A stretch of DNA of 64,000 nt from the NCBI GenBank assembly GCA_040767085.1, contig JAXGPF010000005.1, positions 96,001 through 160,000 of the forward strand, written 5' to 3'. Numbering within the stretch: position 1 is the first letter of the stretch; each line of letters opens with the position of its first letter. Below, piece by piece: positions 29,051 through 39,819 of the stretch. A program made the position numbers and the translations under genes. The notes beneath the pieces are model-generated. The model saw nothing but the letters and a program-made list of their open reading frames with translations. It had not been told where the DNA came from and did not search any database. The DNA comes from Kiritimatiellia bacterium. Lineage in GTDB: Bacteria > Verrucomicrobiota > Kiritimatiellia > JAAZAB01.

Positions 29051-30868
29051 TCACCGGACAATCATGATGCTTCCGGCCGGCGGCAATGCCCGGAAGCAGC
29101 CGATATCCAGCCCTGCCGCAAACCATGCTTTGCCATCCTGGTCGTGCGATGGCGCGGAAATGCCCGCAAAAACACCAATGCCTCTGCTCCGGCAGGGGGA
29201 GCGGTAGGCAATATGCAAATCGGGGGGAGTGACGCCGAGGAACAGCGGATCGGCGGATATTGAATTCCCGTCCTGCCCCGTGCCGGACTGCCATGCGGCC
29301 AATGTTCCGTAATCAGCGCTGACCTTGGCGGGGCCGCTCAAGTAATAATCATTATAATCCGACTGCAGCGTTGCGGGCGGCTGGTAAAAACAGGCGGTAT
29401 TGGTGGCCGAGATAATATTATTGAATAAAACCATGTTGTTAGCCGTGCCGCTGTTAAACGTGATTTCATAGGCAGCATCGGCAAAAAACGTGTTGTTATA
29501 CAAGCGCATGTTATGCGCATCGCGGAACCAGGCGCCGGCCGACGTATTCCGGAAGATTGCATTATTGTAAATATAGCAGGGGCCGGCGGTTATGGCGCGA
29601 AAATACAATCCACAAACATTACTGCAACACGTATTATTGGCCAACATACTGTCATTGCAAGCGCCGTACAGGTATAAGCCGGCGTTGGAATGTTCGGAAC
29701 ATGTGTTATTGACTATGGCGCAGTTGGTGGAAGCATTGCAGTAAATGCCGGCCTTGCTTGCGCGCAATATATTATTTGAAAGGACGACGCCGGAGCTGTT
29801 GTTGACATAAACATTATATTCGGAATGATCGCGGACCATGTTCCCGGAAATCCGGTGCGCGGCATTATCGCCAAAGTAAGCGTAAATGCCGTGTAATTTA
29901 TTGGAAAACACCGTATTGCCGCCGGCCGCGCAATTGGTGGCATAATGGAACATTATGCCGTAACAGGCGTTGGAATAGATTGTATTGAAGGCGGCGGTGC
30001 CGTTTTGCACATTATTGAAGCGTATGGCCGCCGAGCCCGGGATCGTACTGAATCCGGCATTATAACAAATTGTATTATACGTTATGCAAGCATTGCTTGA
30101 AAACACTCCGATAGGATAAAAATTCGTCAGCGTGCCGGAAATCACATTGCTGATTAGATTCAGGTCGCGCGACCCGGATCCTGCTGTTGCGCCGTTAACC
30201 GCGTATTGGCGTGCAAGCCGTATCCTGAAATTTTGAATGCTGACGTACGGATGCCGGATGTAAAATAAATCGCCGGAAAGCCTGCTGGCGACAAGGTTGA
30301 AATTTGAAGGATGGCTCCCGTTGAAGGTGTGCAGGTAAAGAATTCCTCCGTCGAGATAATAAGAACCGGCGGACGATTCCACACCGGCCACGGAAGCGGC
30401 GGGAGCATAATGCCGCCATTCCTCGGAAGCGGGCGGAGCTTCGTGGACGCCCAGTATACTGCCAGTTTCGGCGATTTGATAGGTGTAAGCCTGGCCGTCC
30501 GCCAGCGTAAAACCGCCGGCAGGATAATTGGTCCCGCTGCTGACAACCGGTAACATGCCCGCGCCATCGCCCGGCACCCCTTGATAGATTAGCCGTGCGG
30601 TGTCGGAGGTTCCGCCCGCCGGCGTGCTAATCGTTTCCATGTATGTGTAATCGCCCTTGATACACAAAGTGTGCGCTCCGTTGCCGGCCAATCCCACCAA
30701 TACGTTGGCCGCGCCGATGGTTTTTTTGGCCTGCTCCCAGGACAAGCCGCTTCCGGCATCGCTGCCCGCGGCGCCATCCACGTACCATGAATCCGCCAGG
30801 GCCGGGCGCCCCATGGCCAGACTGAGCATTCCCGCGAGAATCAAGCTGTAAGGTCTGTTGGTGCGCAT
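29051..30868 (-). CDS. Secreted right-handed parallel beta-helix protein
   Basis: Signal peptide, WYVDG..GSD..G.SW..A.KTI start, repeated NN..(x)..GIY beta-helix rungs, DGNSISADP, LDIG. Confidence 0.85.
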   Translation of the reverse strand: MRTNRPYSLILAGMLSLAMGRPALADSWYVDGAAGSDAGSGLSWEQAKKTIGAANVLVGLAGNGAHTLCIKGDYTYMETISTPAGGTSDTARLIYQGVPGDGAGMLPVVSSGTNYPAGGFTLADGQAYTYQIAETGSILGVHEAPPASEEWRHYAPAASVAGVESSAGSYYLDGGILYLHTFNGSHPSNFNLVASRLSGDLFYIRHPYVSIQNFRIRLARQYAVNGATAGSGSRDLNLISNVISGTLTNFYPIGVFSSNACITYNTICYNAGFSTIPGSAAIRFNNVQNGTAAFNTIYSNACYGIMFHYATNCAAGGNTVFSNKLHGIYAYFGDNAAHRISGNMVRDHSEYNVYVNNSSGVVLSNNILRASKAGIYCNASTNCAIVNNTCSEHSNAGLYLYGACNDSMLANNTCCSNVCGLYFRAITAGPCYIYNNAIFRNTSAGAWFRDAHNMRLYNNTFFADAAYEITFNSGTANNMVLFNNIISATNTACFYQPPATLQSDYNDYYLSGPAKVSADYGTLAAWQSGTGQDGNSISADPLFLGVTPPDLHIAYRSPCRSRGIGVFAGISAPSHDQDGKAWFAAGLDIGCFRALPPAGSIMIVR

Positions 30869-30993
30869 AGATTTACTCCTTGGGGCTATACGATATTTCC
30901 TGCCAGCCGGTTTATGATATTATAAACACGCCTATCCCCGCAACCCGGATACTGGCCCGCCAGTATCAACCACGAACCTCGACCCGCCACCCG

Positions 30994-33900
30994 TCACCTC
31001 TCATATTCCGTGGGAACCGATCCTCTTTCCACCTGCAAGGCATCAGCCCAAACCGTTCCATCGCCATAGGTAAACAACGACAGACTGACCGCCGGCGCCA
31101 GGCAATGATAGCGCTGCCAATGCGTGGAAAGCCGGAAGATCGGCCCGTCCTTCCAGAAGCGGGCGGTCATGTTGGTATTGTCGGCTTTTAAATACAAGGA
31201 CCAGCATACATTAGTCCCTTGCATGTCCGCCGCTCCTTTAAATTTCATTAATAATCCGCTGCGCAACGTTCCAACGCGCAAAGTGCTTTTCATTTTCAGG
31301 CAATATTTGCCTTCATAAGGATTCTGGGTATCCTGCCCCCATTCGCCCGTCGATGAACCGATTGACGGCCAGACCATCAGCGGCAGATAATAATCCGGCC
31401 AGCCCGGCATCGTGGCGTCTTCAAAGCCCGGGTTTGGCGCGCGGTTTTTCCTGTCTTCCCGGCCCGTCACGGGGATGCTGTCATCACGATGGTCCTCCGC
31501 CTTGATGGGGGCGGCATTTACGGTAATCCGCACGGGCTCCGGTAAATTCGCCGCATCCAGCCGGTAAGCGCGGGTGGCCAGCCAATCCAGCCGGTCGGAA
31601 AAAGAGTTCGATTGAACCTGGCAGGCGCTGCCGGCGAATAAATGGCTGACCGCATCGGCCGGGGTTGCGCCCTCGATGCTGAATTTTACATCCACGGGAT
31701 AATAGGCGCTGTTGGCCGCCAGCAGGACGTAGTATCCGCGCGGATCTTTATAAATCGCCGCTTGAATGTCCGGGCATATCCCAAAGGCAATGTTTAAAGG
31801 AGTATCCGGCCAATAAATGATCTTTTGCGGAATTTCCCCCGCGAGCAGCGCCGGCGCAAGCAGGTTGACTTCGCGGGCGAGGGCGCAGAATTCCTGCCAG
31901 TTGGCATCATGCAACACGGGGAATGTAAAATAAGTCAGCCCATGCGCGCCGTGAATCAGCGCCAGATAAGTTTGCGCGCGCTGCTCCCGCGGCAATGTCA
32001 CGCGTTTATGGGTGCCGGAGTATATTTCCGCCATTGGCACAATCCAGATTGGCTTGTTGACGGCTTTGCTTTGGGCCGACATCTGGGCGGTAATTTTTGA
32101 TACGGCATTGGGCGAGGTGTAGATTTGCGGCGGACCCGCCGGCGTCCAGTATGGATCGGCCCCGAAAACGTCGCACCAGGCCGTGCCTTTCTGCAGATCG
32201 GGAATAATGCCGCCGCTGCCATACAGTAGAAATACCGGATGGTATCCGTCATGGCGGTTAATGGTTTCGTAGATCAGGCGGCACCCCTCCATGACCACGT
32301 GAAACACCGGCGGATGCGGTTCATCAATGCTGTAATATCCCAGCAGGTTGGGATAATCCCGGACTTCCTCCACCGCCTTGATCAATGGCGGCAAATTCGA
32401 CTGCACGGCGCCGCGGAACAGGCTCAACCGCCGGGCGGCATCTTCCTCGATGGTGCCGGCTTTGATCCGGCGCTTGAAATTGTCCTTGATGTGAATCAGG
32501 CGATGCGGACCGAACTGCGACGGATTGGCTATCACCGCGAGATTGTATTTCCGCGCCGTTTCCAGAAAAAGCGCCTCTTCATGCACATCCTTGTGGTTGT
32601 AATTCCAGCGAACCAGGCAGTTGAATCCGCCTGCGGCAATTTTTTTGAATTGGGCTTCCTGGTCGGAACGGAGCATTTCGGCCATAAATCCCATCGGGAA
32701 AAACGGCTGGTCGTTTTTCACGATAGCCCGGCGGATCGGATCAATTTTCACCTCGCACCCGGGCTTTGGCACTTTTTTTACCAATGTTATTTCGCCGCGA
32801 TACAACAAAGCGCCGTTCAGGCGGCGTAATTCCACGGGCAGCGAGTTGCTCCCCAGCGGGATATCTGACAACGGCAATTTTAAAAGTGTTTCAGCGCTCA
32901 ATTTTTCCTGTCTGACCAGCGCCTTTTGCGCGCCTGGAAGCCAGACCGTCGCAACGAGTTTATCAAGTTCCGCGGCGGGGATGTTCACGCGGCATAACAC
33001 ATTCGCCGCGGTTTCCGCCGTATAATAATTGCGATCTGGAACCGGCGGCGGCATGACAACCAGATTATCCGTTCCTTCAGGCTTGACCTTTTGCAATATC
33101 TCGCCGGTGGCGGGATCGCGCAACATCACCTGCACTTGCCTGGCCGCGGGGATACCGACCGGAACTGTCATGGTCATGTTCCATCGCGCATGGCCGTTAA
33201 AATAAAGATTTGTCGTAATCAACGCGTTTGCGCCATGCGATGGCTGATCATCAACCGCCAGCGTGACCGCGCCGGCGGCATCGCTGTAGCCGGCCAGGGC
33301 CATGCGGATCGGATAGTTAAACTGGCCGTTGTCAATCTGATAGGGATCGCACCGTGCGGCGGCAATCCACGGCAGCAGCGGGGTTTTAATTGCTCCGAGT
33401 TTTTCAAGATGGATATTTCCGAATTGCCGGAACTCGTTGAAGCTGGCGGCCACCGGCGCCCATGTTAAGGGAATGGATGTCACGCTGATCTTAACTCCGC
33501 CTTCATTGAATTCCGTGATGACCGCGGTCCGGCCGATGTTGCCGCGCAAGCCCGCCAAGCCCTGCCCCCGGTCAATGGCGCAAAGCGGGATCGCCATCTC
33601 CGCGTTCCATCCGCCGGGAGTTGCAAGAGCCGCTGATCGCCAGGGTATGTTCCATCCACGCTGAAGACCGGCGGCGGCATGCTGCATGCCATCGGCTTGA
33701 ATATCCGCGAAGGTCAGCCGGAATTGGAAGATATTAGTTTCGGAACCGCCGGGGTACAGATACAATTCTACCGAATCATCCATGGCCGTCAGGTGGTGAT
33801 CGCGTTCGAAAGCGTGCTGCTCCAGCGACAATGGTTCGGGATGGGCGCAGACAAAGGCCAGATAAAGCCAGGCATCGTCATGGACCATATGCACGTGCGT

Positions 33901-34185
33901 GGCAATTTCCGGCGTTGCCCTTTTGCCGGCAATTGGATGCAGCATGACCGGAGCGGCGGCCGACCAGCAACTATCGGTCAAGACGCCGTCAATCCGCGGC
34001 GGGAAAGCGCAGGCCGGCGCATGATAGTCCGGCGGGGCCGGCGCGTCAACGCCGCCGGCAGAACATGGGAACGCCCACCAGCATGCCGCGACAAACAAAA
34101 ACATGGCAAAGCGGGATCGTTTTTCCGGAATATCCAAGCAGGGATGAATTCCAGCGGATGACACCACGACAATTTTCTTATTCAT
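30994..34185 (-). CDS. Multidomain secreted glycoside hydrolase-like protein (CBM9/DOMON-like, TIM barrel, CBM4/9-like)
   Basis: PRIDGVLTD..W, DDSVE, WNAEMAIP; PFFPMG, GFN, YYSIDEP, DPY; NPGFE..WADALQVE. Confidence 0.75.
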   Translation of the reverse strand: MNKKIVVVSSAGIHPCLDIPEKRSRFAMFLFVAACWWAFPCSAGGVDAPAPPDYHAPACAFPPRIDGVLTDSCWSAAAPVMLHPIAGKRATPEIATHVHMVHDDAWLYLAFVCAHPEPLSLEQHAFERDHHLTAMDDSVELYLYPGGSETNIFQFRLTFADIQADGMQHAAAGLQRGWNIPWRSAALATPGGWNAEMAIPLCAIDRGQGLAGLRGNIGRTAVITEFNEGGVKISVTSIPLTWAPVAASFNEFRQFGNIHLEKLGAIKTPLLPWIAAARCDPYQIDNGQFNYPIRMALAGYSDAAGAVTLAVDDQPSHGANALITTNLYFNGHARWNMTMTVPVGIPAARQVQVMLRDPATGEILQKVKPEGTDNLVVMPPPVPDRNYYTAETAANVLCRVNIPAAELDKLVATVWLPGAQKALVRQEKLSAETLLKLPLSDIPLGSNSLPVELRRLNGALLYRGEITLVKKVPKPGCEVKIDPIRRAIVKNDQPFFPMGFMAEMLRSDQEAQFKKIAAGGFNCLVRWNYNHKDVHEEALFLETARKYNLAVIANPSQFGPHRLIHIKDNFKRRIKAGTIEEDAARRLSLFRGAVQSNLPPLIKAVEEVRDYPNLLGYYSIDEPHPPVFHVVMEGCRLIYETINRHDGYHPVFLLYGSGGIIPDLQKGTAWCDVFGADPYWTPAGPPQIYTSPNAVSKITAQMSAQSKAVNKPIWIVPMAEIYSGTHKRVTLPREQRAQTYLALIHGAHGLTYFTFPVLHDANWQEFCALAREVNLLAPALLAGEIPQKIIYWPDTPLNIAFGICPDIQAAIYKDPRGYYVLLAANSAYYPVDVKFSIEGATPADAVSHLFAGSACQVQSNSFSDRLDWLATRAYRLDAANLPEPVRITVNAAPIKAEDHRDDSIPVTGREDRKNRAPNPGFEDATMPGWPDYYLPLMVWPSIGSSTGEWGQDTQNPYEGKYCLKMKSTLRVGTLRSGLLMKFKGAADMQGTNVCWSLYLKADNTNMTARFWKDGPIFRLSTHWQRYHCLAPAVSLSLFTYGDGTVWADALQVERGSVPTEYER

Positions 34186-34226
34186 AACAAATCCTTTGCC
34201 GCGGAAACATGCCAGGTCGTCCGCCC

Positions 34227-36449
34227 TCAGCGCGCCGGATTCACCGGCAACCGCAGGGTGATGGTCTGACTTGATCCGGCATAGTCATCTTCCGGCAGAT
34301 GCACAATCATGGATAGCATGGCATTGCCGCGCAAGGATATTCTGCGAGTTTGCCCGCGGCGGCCCGTATGCAATTGCGCGGCGGCAAGCTGTTTCCCTTC
34401 CAGGCCCATGCGCGCTGTCGGCTGCGGAGCAGGATCCGCATAAGTGAGTTTGATCATATTGTCTTCCCGGGGGTGATACAGGACAATCAATGGCGCTTCG
34501 GCAGTCAATATCATTCCATCCGGGAAAGTAATTTCCCCGTCTTCGTAAAAAACCGCATGCCCACGTTTTTCACCGGCGTGCCATACGGATTGCAGCCCGG
34601 GCGTATTTGAAAGAATCTGAATATTAGTCAACGGATAATCAAAGCAATTTTCGGCGGTGCTGTCGGACAGGATCGCATATGCATATGTATCGCCGGCTGG
34701 TTTGACGCCGTGCATTATCTCAAGTATGAAAAGGGGCACGGCGATTTTATCCTTGCTGCCCACGCCGCAATTCGACCATGCCCCTTCCCGGGTGACGGCT
34801 TGCATATAAGCATTTCCCTGGAGCAGGAGATAGCCGAAACCATCATGCCAGACCCGCTCTCCCGCCGGAATTTTGCGCTTTAACTCCTCCTGGTATTCCC
34901 CATCGCCCAGGCGAAGCTTGCCGCGCCGCCGGCATTGATTGATGGTGGTTGACACCGAGGCAGGTCCCGTGGATGAGATATCACTGCCAAGGGCGAGCAT
35001 GATGTCTTCGAAGAAAAACCAGCTTTTCTTGGCTTTCACGACATTGCGTGAAAAATCGGTTGCGGCGCATCCCGCCATGCCGTCGCTTGCCCCGCCGGCA
35101 AACGCCTTCTCGCCGAACGAGCGGAGCTCCGCTTTGGCGTAATCGGTCGCCGTTCCGCCAATTGTCGCGCCGGGAATATTGCGCCAGCCCCAGGCGGGGA
35201 AAACATCACGGTACTCCTCGCCGTCACGCATCATGAAAGTCGCGCCATCGGCCATATGATGGCAAACCCGGCCTTCACCCCCGCAACAGGCGTCGTCATT
35301 ATTGAGCAGGCGGCTGCTGTGCATGCGCGCGGACAGAAAATAACCCGGGCGTTGATGGATCATCAAATCCGAGCACCAGAAATACTTGTTGCCGGAAATC
35401 AGGCATTGCGGCGGCGAATCCATGCTCCCGGTGTTTTGAAATATATCCTGGCGCGGCACATCCAGGCGGGACATGTATTGACACGCGCGGTAAAAACGGT
35501 TCGCATCATGGCCGGCCCGCGATATTTCACGGCCCACGGCGCCGTAATAAAATGTCCGCCCGCGCACCATCCAGCGCGATCCGTCCAGAATCAAATTTTC
35601 CAGCAATTGCATTTTATGCTGCGGCAGGGCGAAGTGCGTGCCGTGCGCGACCCATGCCAGGCAGGCGACATCGTTGACAAAACCCTGGCCATAGCCGCCG
35701 GAGTAAAGCAGTTTGCCGTGCTGATGGAATGACATGTCCGGCTGAATGCCTTCTTCATCCGGGGCAACATATATTTCCCGCGCTATTTGCCGGCAACCCT
35801 CGCTGATATATCTGGGCCTGTACGCCAGGAGGCCATGCTTGACGCGAATGCCTGAAACCCATATTAAATTTTCGCCGGTATAACGCACGGCCGGCTGGTG
35901 CGACTCCAAGGCAGGAAAGGCCTGTTCGACCAAGGTCCAGGGAGCATCCGGGGCGGCATACAACAGCACATCGGCCAGGAAATCAGGCGCGCCGATTTTC
36001 ATCCACCACCAATTCGGATTTACCGGGTTGCGCTGGTACCAGTATGCAAGCCCGCGGTGAATTGCGGTTCGAAGCGCGGCATTGCCTTTCCACGTTGCAT
36101 TGCCTTTGTAATATGCGCGCGCAAAAACAAGAAGCCGGAAAAGATGCCGGCCCGCATCCCAGTCCTTCAACTGCTGGTCGCCGTAATTTATGTCCGGCCA
36201 GGCGCCATCCGCCTGCTGCGTTTTCAGGCAGGCGGCGAGATCAGGAACGCTTTCCTCGGCAACCTGCTCGTTGAAAGTCAGCATGGAATCACTGCAAATG
36301 CGTGTCCGCATCAGTTCCATGGCGTCACGGTCCCGCTGGGGAAGAGAAATTTTCTGGCCATACGCTTGCCAGGATTCGGCCCTGGCTTCAAAACCGGAAA
36401 AGAGCAACATAACAGGCACCATCGCCGGAAAAATCATCAAGTATTTCAT
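34227..36449 (-). CDS. Polysaccharide lyase family 8 (chondroitin AC/hyaluronate lyase-like)
   Basis: WPDINY, NWWW..IG, TGEN, GIQPDMSFHQHG, YSGGYG, GREISR, AKKSWFFF, TTINQ. Confidence 0.92.
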   Translation of the reverse strand: MKYLMIFPAMVPVMLLFSGFEARAESWQAYGQKISLPQRDRDAMELMRTRICSDSMLTFNEQVAEESVPDLAACLKTQQADGAWPDINYGDQQLKDWDAGRHLFRLLVFARAYYKGNATWKGNAALRTAIHRGLAYWYQRNPVNPNWWWMKIGAPDFLADVLLYAAPDAPWTLVEQAFPALESHQPAVRYTGENLIWVSGIRVKHGLLAYRPRYISEGCRQIAREIYVAPDEEGIQPDMSFHQHGKLLYSGGYGQGFVNDVACLAWVAHGTHFALPQHKMQLLENLILDGSRWMVRGRTFYYGAVGREISRAGHDANRFYRACQYMSRLDVPRQDIFQNTGSMDSPPQCLISGNKYFWCSDLMIHQRPGYFLSARMHSSRLLNNDDACCGGEGRVCHHMADGATFMMRDGEEYRDVFPAWGWRNIPGATIGGTATDYAKAELRSFGEKAFAGGASDGMAGCAATDFSRNVVKAKKSWFFFEDIMLALGSDISSTGPASVSTTINQCRRRGKLRLGDGEYQEELKRKIPAGERVWHDGFGYLLLQGNAYMQAVTREGAWSNCGVGSKDKIAVPLFILEIMHGVKPAGDTYAYAILSDSTAENCFDYPLTNIQILSNTPGLQSVWHAGEKRGHAVFYEDGEITFPDGMILTAEAPLIVLYHPREDNMIKLTYADPAPQPTARMGLEGKQLAAAQLHTGRRGQTRRISLRGNAMLSMIVHLPEDDYAGSSQTITLRLPVNPAR

Positions 36450-36657
36450 AATGTTACACAGGGATATTTTGAAATTGGCCCATCTGATCATAAACGCCAT
36501 ACAGCCGCCGGCCCGCATTCCAATAAGTTAATCATCAAATGTTTATCAATCATCCACGCCGTATTTCCTGCAAACGACATCATGCTTTTGTAATAAAATA
36601 GCACTGCCGCCAAAAAAAGCAATGGACGTTTTGGCGGCATTTGGTATATTTTGCCGG

Positions 36658-37533
36658 ATGAAAATTGCGCCTGTGACCTTTACCCAGCTTTCCATCACGC
36701 CGCAGGGTTATTTCCGGCGATTTTACTACATGTACCAGCGTTTTTTGCCGCAATTTCTGCCGGTGCATCACATCTATTATTACCCCCGCAAGGATACTGC
36801 CTTAAACTGGCCCCGGGGCGCCGCCGGTTGTTTTACCGTTTGCCTGATTCTAAGCGGCCAAGGAGAATTCTGCTTTGCCGGAAAGTCATGGCGGATGGAA
36901 GCACCTTTTGCCGCAACCCTCTGGCCGGGTGTACCCTTGCGTTTTATCCCCGACAAAACATGGGAAGAATTTTCGATTTCCTACGCCGCGGGCGATTTGC
37001 CAAAGTTGCAGCAATGGAAAATCGCTTCAAGGCAACGGCCTTGCTGGCAGATCGGCGGCCAGCTTGAGCTTCAGTATCATCTTAACCATATCGGCAAATT
37101 ACTCGCCCGCCCCGATGCGTTTGGGCAAACCGACCGCCTGGATATATCCTGCCTGCAGTTGATTACGGAAACCGTTCTCAGCCGCGAATCTCCGAAGATG
37201 CCGGCCGCCAACACAAAAATCGTCCGGGAAATTGAACATCAAATCGCCGCCATGCTGCCCGCGAAACCGGACTGGCCCGGACTGGCGGCCAAACACGGCT
37301 TGTCTCATTCAATTTTCCGCCGACTATGGAACCAGGTTTATTCCGAGCCGCCGGCGCGATATGCGCTCCGCCTGAAAATTGAGGAAGCGTGCCGCCTGTT
37401 GCGCGAAACGGACCTGCTGATCAAAGAGATTGCCGAGCGCCTGGAATTTTCGGATCAGTATTATTTTTCGAAGCAATTCCGCCGCTATGTAGGCCTTAGC
37501 GCCAAAGCCTATCGTCAATCTCAAATGACATGA
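36658..37533 (+). CDS. AraC family transcriptional regulator
   Basis: C-terminal IEEACRLL..IKEIAERLEFSDQYYFSKQFRR..G; N-terminal cupin-like region; divergent from the PL8 operon. Confidence 0.92.
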   Translation: MKIAPVTFTQLSITPQGYFRRFYYMYQRFLPQFLPVHHIYYYPRKDTALNWPRGAAGCFTVCLILSGQGEFCFAGKSWRMEAPFAATLWPGVPLRFIPDKTWEEFSISYAAGDLPKLQQWKIASRQRPCWQIGGQLELQYHLNHIGKLLARPDAFGQTDRLDISCLQLITETVLSRESPKMPAANTKIVREIEHQIAAMLPAKPDWPGLAAKHGLSHSIFRRLWNQVYSEPPARYALRLKIEEACRLLRETDLLIKEIAERLEFSDQYYFSKQFRRYVGLSAKAYRQSQMT

Positions 37534-37618
37534 AAGATTCATGGCAACATCAAAACAGTGCGGGAGGGCCAAGCCATCGTATCTCAATACCACCCCGTCC
37601 TGACCGCCGAGCAACGCA

Positions 37619-38893
37619 ATGACCGCCACCGATTCTCAACCGCCTCCGTCCCGATGTTTTTTTAAAATTCCCGCCACCTTCCGGGCGCTCACCTTCCCAA
37701 ACTACCGTTACATGTGGCTGGGCCAGTTGGGACACTCAGCGGCCATCTGGATGGAACAGGTCGTGCGGCCCCTGCTCATGCTCGAATTGACCGGCGCGCC
37801 GATCCAGGTCGGACTGGTGGTGGCGGTGCGGATGGCGCCCCAGTTGCTTTTCGGGCTGCTGGCCGGGGCGGCGGCCGATCGTTATGACAAGCGCCGGATT
37901 CTGCTGGCCACGCAGTGGATCACCCTCTCCATGCACCTGGTCCTGGCCGTCCTGATCCTGGCCGGCAAGCTGGCCATCTGGCATGTTTTCGTCACCGCAT
38001 TTGTCGCCGGCGCCTCAATGGCCTTCAACCAGCCGGCCCGGCAATCCATGATCCCGCGCCTGGTGCCGGCCGACGCCCTGTTAAACGCCATCGCCCTGAA
38101 CACCATGGCCATTAACATCATGCGCGTCTTGGGCGCCAGCCTGGCGGGGATTTTGCTGGTCTTTCTGGACTATGGCCAGGTTTACCTGATGAACGCCATA
38201 ATCTTCATATATGTCATCTGGGCCACGGCCAGAATCACGCTTAAGGAAACGCCCAGGACCAACCGCCTGGCGCCGGCCGGCATGGCGCCCAACCTGCTGC
38301 ATGACCTGCTGGCGGGATTCCGCTACATGCTGGCTAATCCCACGGTCTTGCACCTGGTGGGACTGGCGCTTGTGATTTTCGTCATCGGACAACCCTACCA
38401 GCAGGTATTCGTGCCGCTGCTGGCCCTGGATGTCCTGAAAATCGGGCGGTCCGGCGCCGGCGGCCTGCTGGCCTGCGTGGGCGTGGGCGCCCTGATCGGC
38501 TCGCTGGCGATCGCCTCCCTCCAGAAACTGCCCCGCCGCGGCCTGATTTTAATGGCTGCCATCGTGGCCTACGGGATGGCGTTGCTGTTGCTGGCATACA
38601 GCCGGTCGGTCTGGCTTTCATCCGCGGCCCTCATCGCCGCCGGCATCCTGACCACCGCCTACAACTCGCTGAACGTCTCGCTGCTCGTGGAAAAATCCGC
38701 GGCGGATTATCACGGCCGGGTATTGAGCCTCTTGAGCCTGGACCGGGGCCTGGTATCGGTCGGCGCCGTGATAGCCGGCGTGCTGGCGCAATTTTTCGGA
38801 CCCCGGATCGGTTTGGGCATCGTCGCCCTGGCCTGCATCGCCATGACCCTGCTGATCTACTATCTTGCGCCGCCGCTCCGGAAAATCAAATAA
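37619..38893 (+). CDS. MFS transporter (MFS_3/DHA3-like)
   Basis: GAAADRYDKRR motif A, PARQSMIP, about 12 TM. Confidence 0.9.
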   Translation: MTATDSQPPPSRCFFKIPATFRALTFPNYRYMWLGQLGHSAAIWMEQVVRPLLMLELTGAPIQVGLVVAVRMAPQLLFGLLAGAAADRYDKRRILLATQWITLSMHLVLAVLILAGKLAIWHVFVTAFVAGASMAFNQPARQSMIPRLVPADALLNAIALNTMAINIMRVLGASLAGILLVFLDYGQVYLMNAIIFIYVIWATARITLKETPRTNRLAPAGMAPNLLHDLLAGFRYMLANPTVLHLVGLALVIFVIGQPYQQVFVPLLALDVLKIGRSGAGGLLACVGVGALIGSLAIASLQKLPRRGLILMAAIVAYGMALLLLAYSRSVWLSSAALIAAGILTTAYNSLNVSLLVEKSAADYHGRVLSLLSLDRGLVSVGAVIAGVLAQFFGPRIGLGIVALACIAMTLLIYYLAPPLRKIK

Positions 38894-39701
38894 TGCCGGC
38901 GCCGGTTGACAATTCGCCGGAATGCACGGTCATCCGCCCGCATCGCGCGCAATCGAAGGCCAGCGTGCCGTCGCGGTTGAGGTCGGCAATCCGCCCGATA
39001 TGTTCACCATCGGCGGCCTGCAGCCGGAAGGTTTGATCCAGCCCGGCAAGCAAGTCCCGCACCGCACTGTAAATCCCGGCGAAACCCTGCCGCCCGAAAA
39101 CCGCCAATACCTCCCGCAGTTCATCGAGGAAATGTTCCAGAACCGCCTGCGGTTCATATGCGCGGCCGACCGCCTGCGCCATGGAAGCCGCGGGCCGATC
39201 AATTCCCGCCAAATCCGCCGCGCCGCTGTTCAGATTCAGCCCTACCCCGGCCACCACCGCATCCGCCGGGGGGCGCCGGACAACTTCGCACAAAATCCCG
39301 CAGACTTTACATCCGCCCAACAACACGTCATTCGGCCACTTGAGGGATGGCGCCAGGTCCTGTTTTTGAAGCAGGCGGCACACCGCCAGGGCGGTTGCCT
39401 GCGGAAAATTAGGCAAACTCATCCGGCGCAAATCGGCGCGCATGTCCTGCAATGGCAGGAGGATGGAAAAACTCAAGTCCCGGCCCGGCGCGGCCAGCCA
39501 GGCGCGGCCGAAGCGGCCGCGTCCCGCCGTCTGCGCCCGGGCCCAGACGACGCTGTAATCCGGGAAGGCGGCGTGGTGCTGCATCAGAAAAGTGTTGGTG
39601 GATTCCAGTGTTTCGTAAATATATACGCGAAATGGACCGCGCTGGAAGTCCGGCGCGCGCGGTCCGGCGGCAGGCGAATCGTCTGGTATCCCATTTGTCA
39701 T
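38886..39701 (-). CDS. birA: Biotin-protein ligase lacking N-terminal HTH (start uncertain)
   Basis: STN, QTAGRGRFGRAW, KWPND, KVCGIL, GVGLN. Confidence 0.9.
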   Translation of the reverse strand: MTNGIPDDSPAAGPRAPDFQRGPFRVYIYETLESTNTFLMQHHAAFPDYSVVWARAQTAGRGRFGRAWLAAPGRDLSFSILLPLQDMRADLRRMSLPNFPQATALAVCRLLQKQDLAPSLKWPNDVLLGGCKVCGILCEVVRRPPADAVVAGVGLNLNSGAADLAGIDRPAASMAQAVGRAYEPQAVLEHFLDELREVLAVFGRQGFAGIYSAVRDLLAGLDQTFRLQAADGEHIGRIADLNRDGTLAFDCARCGRMTVHSGELSTGAGII

Positions 39702-39819
39702 CCACTGGCAAAATAACAGCTTTGCCGCGCGGCGCAAGCGGGAAATGCGATAGAGCTTGCGCCGCATATTGCTGTTCAGCTAGACTTTGTGTTTTTACGA
39801 CGCTCAGTCCGGTTCAAAC

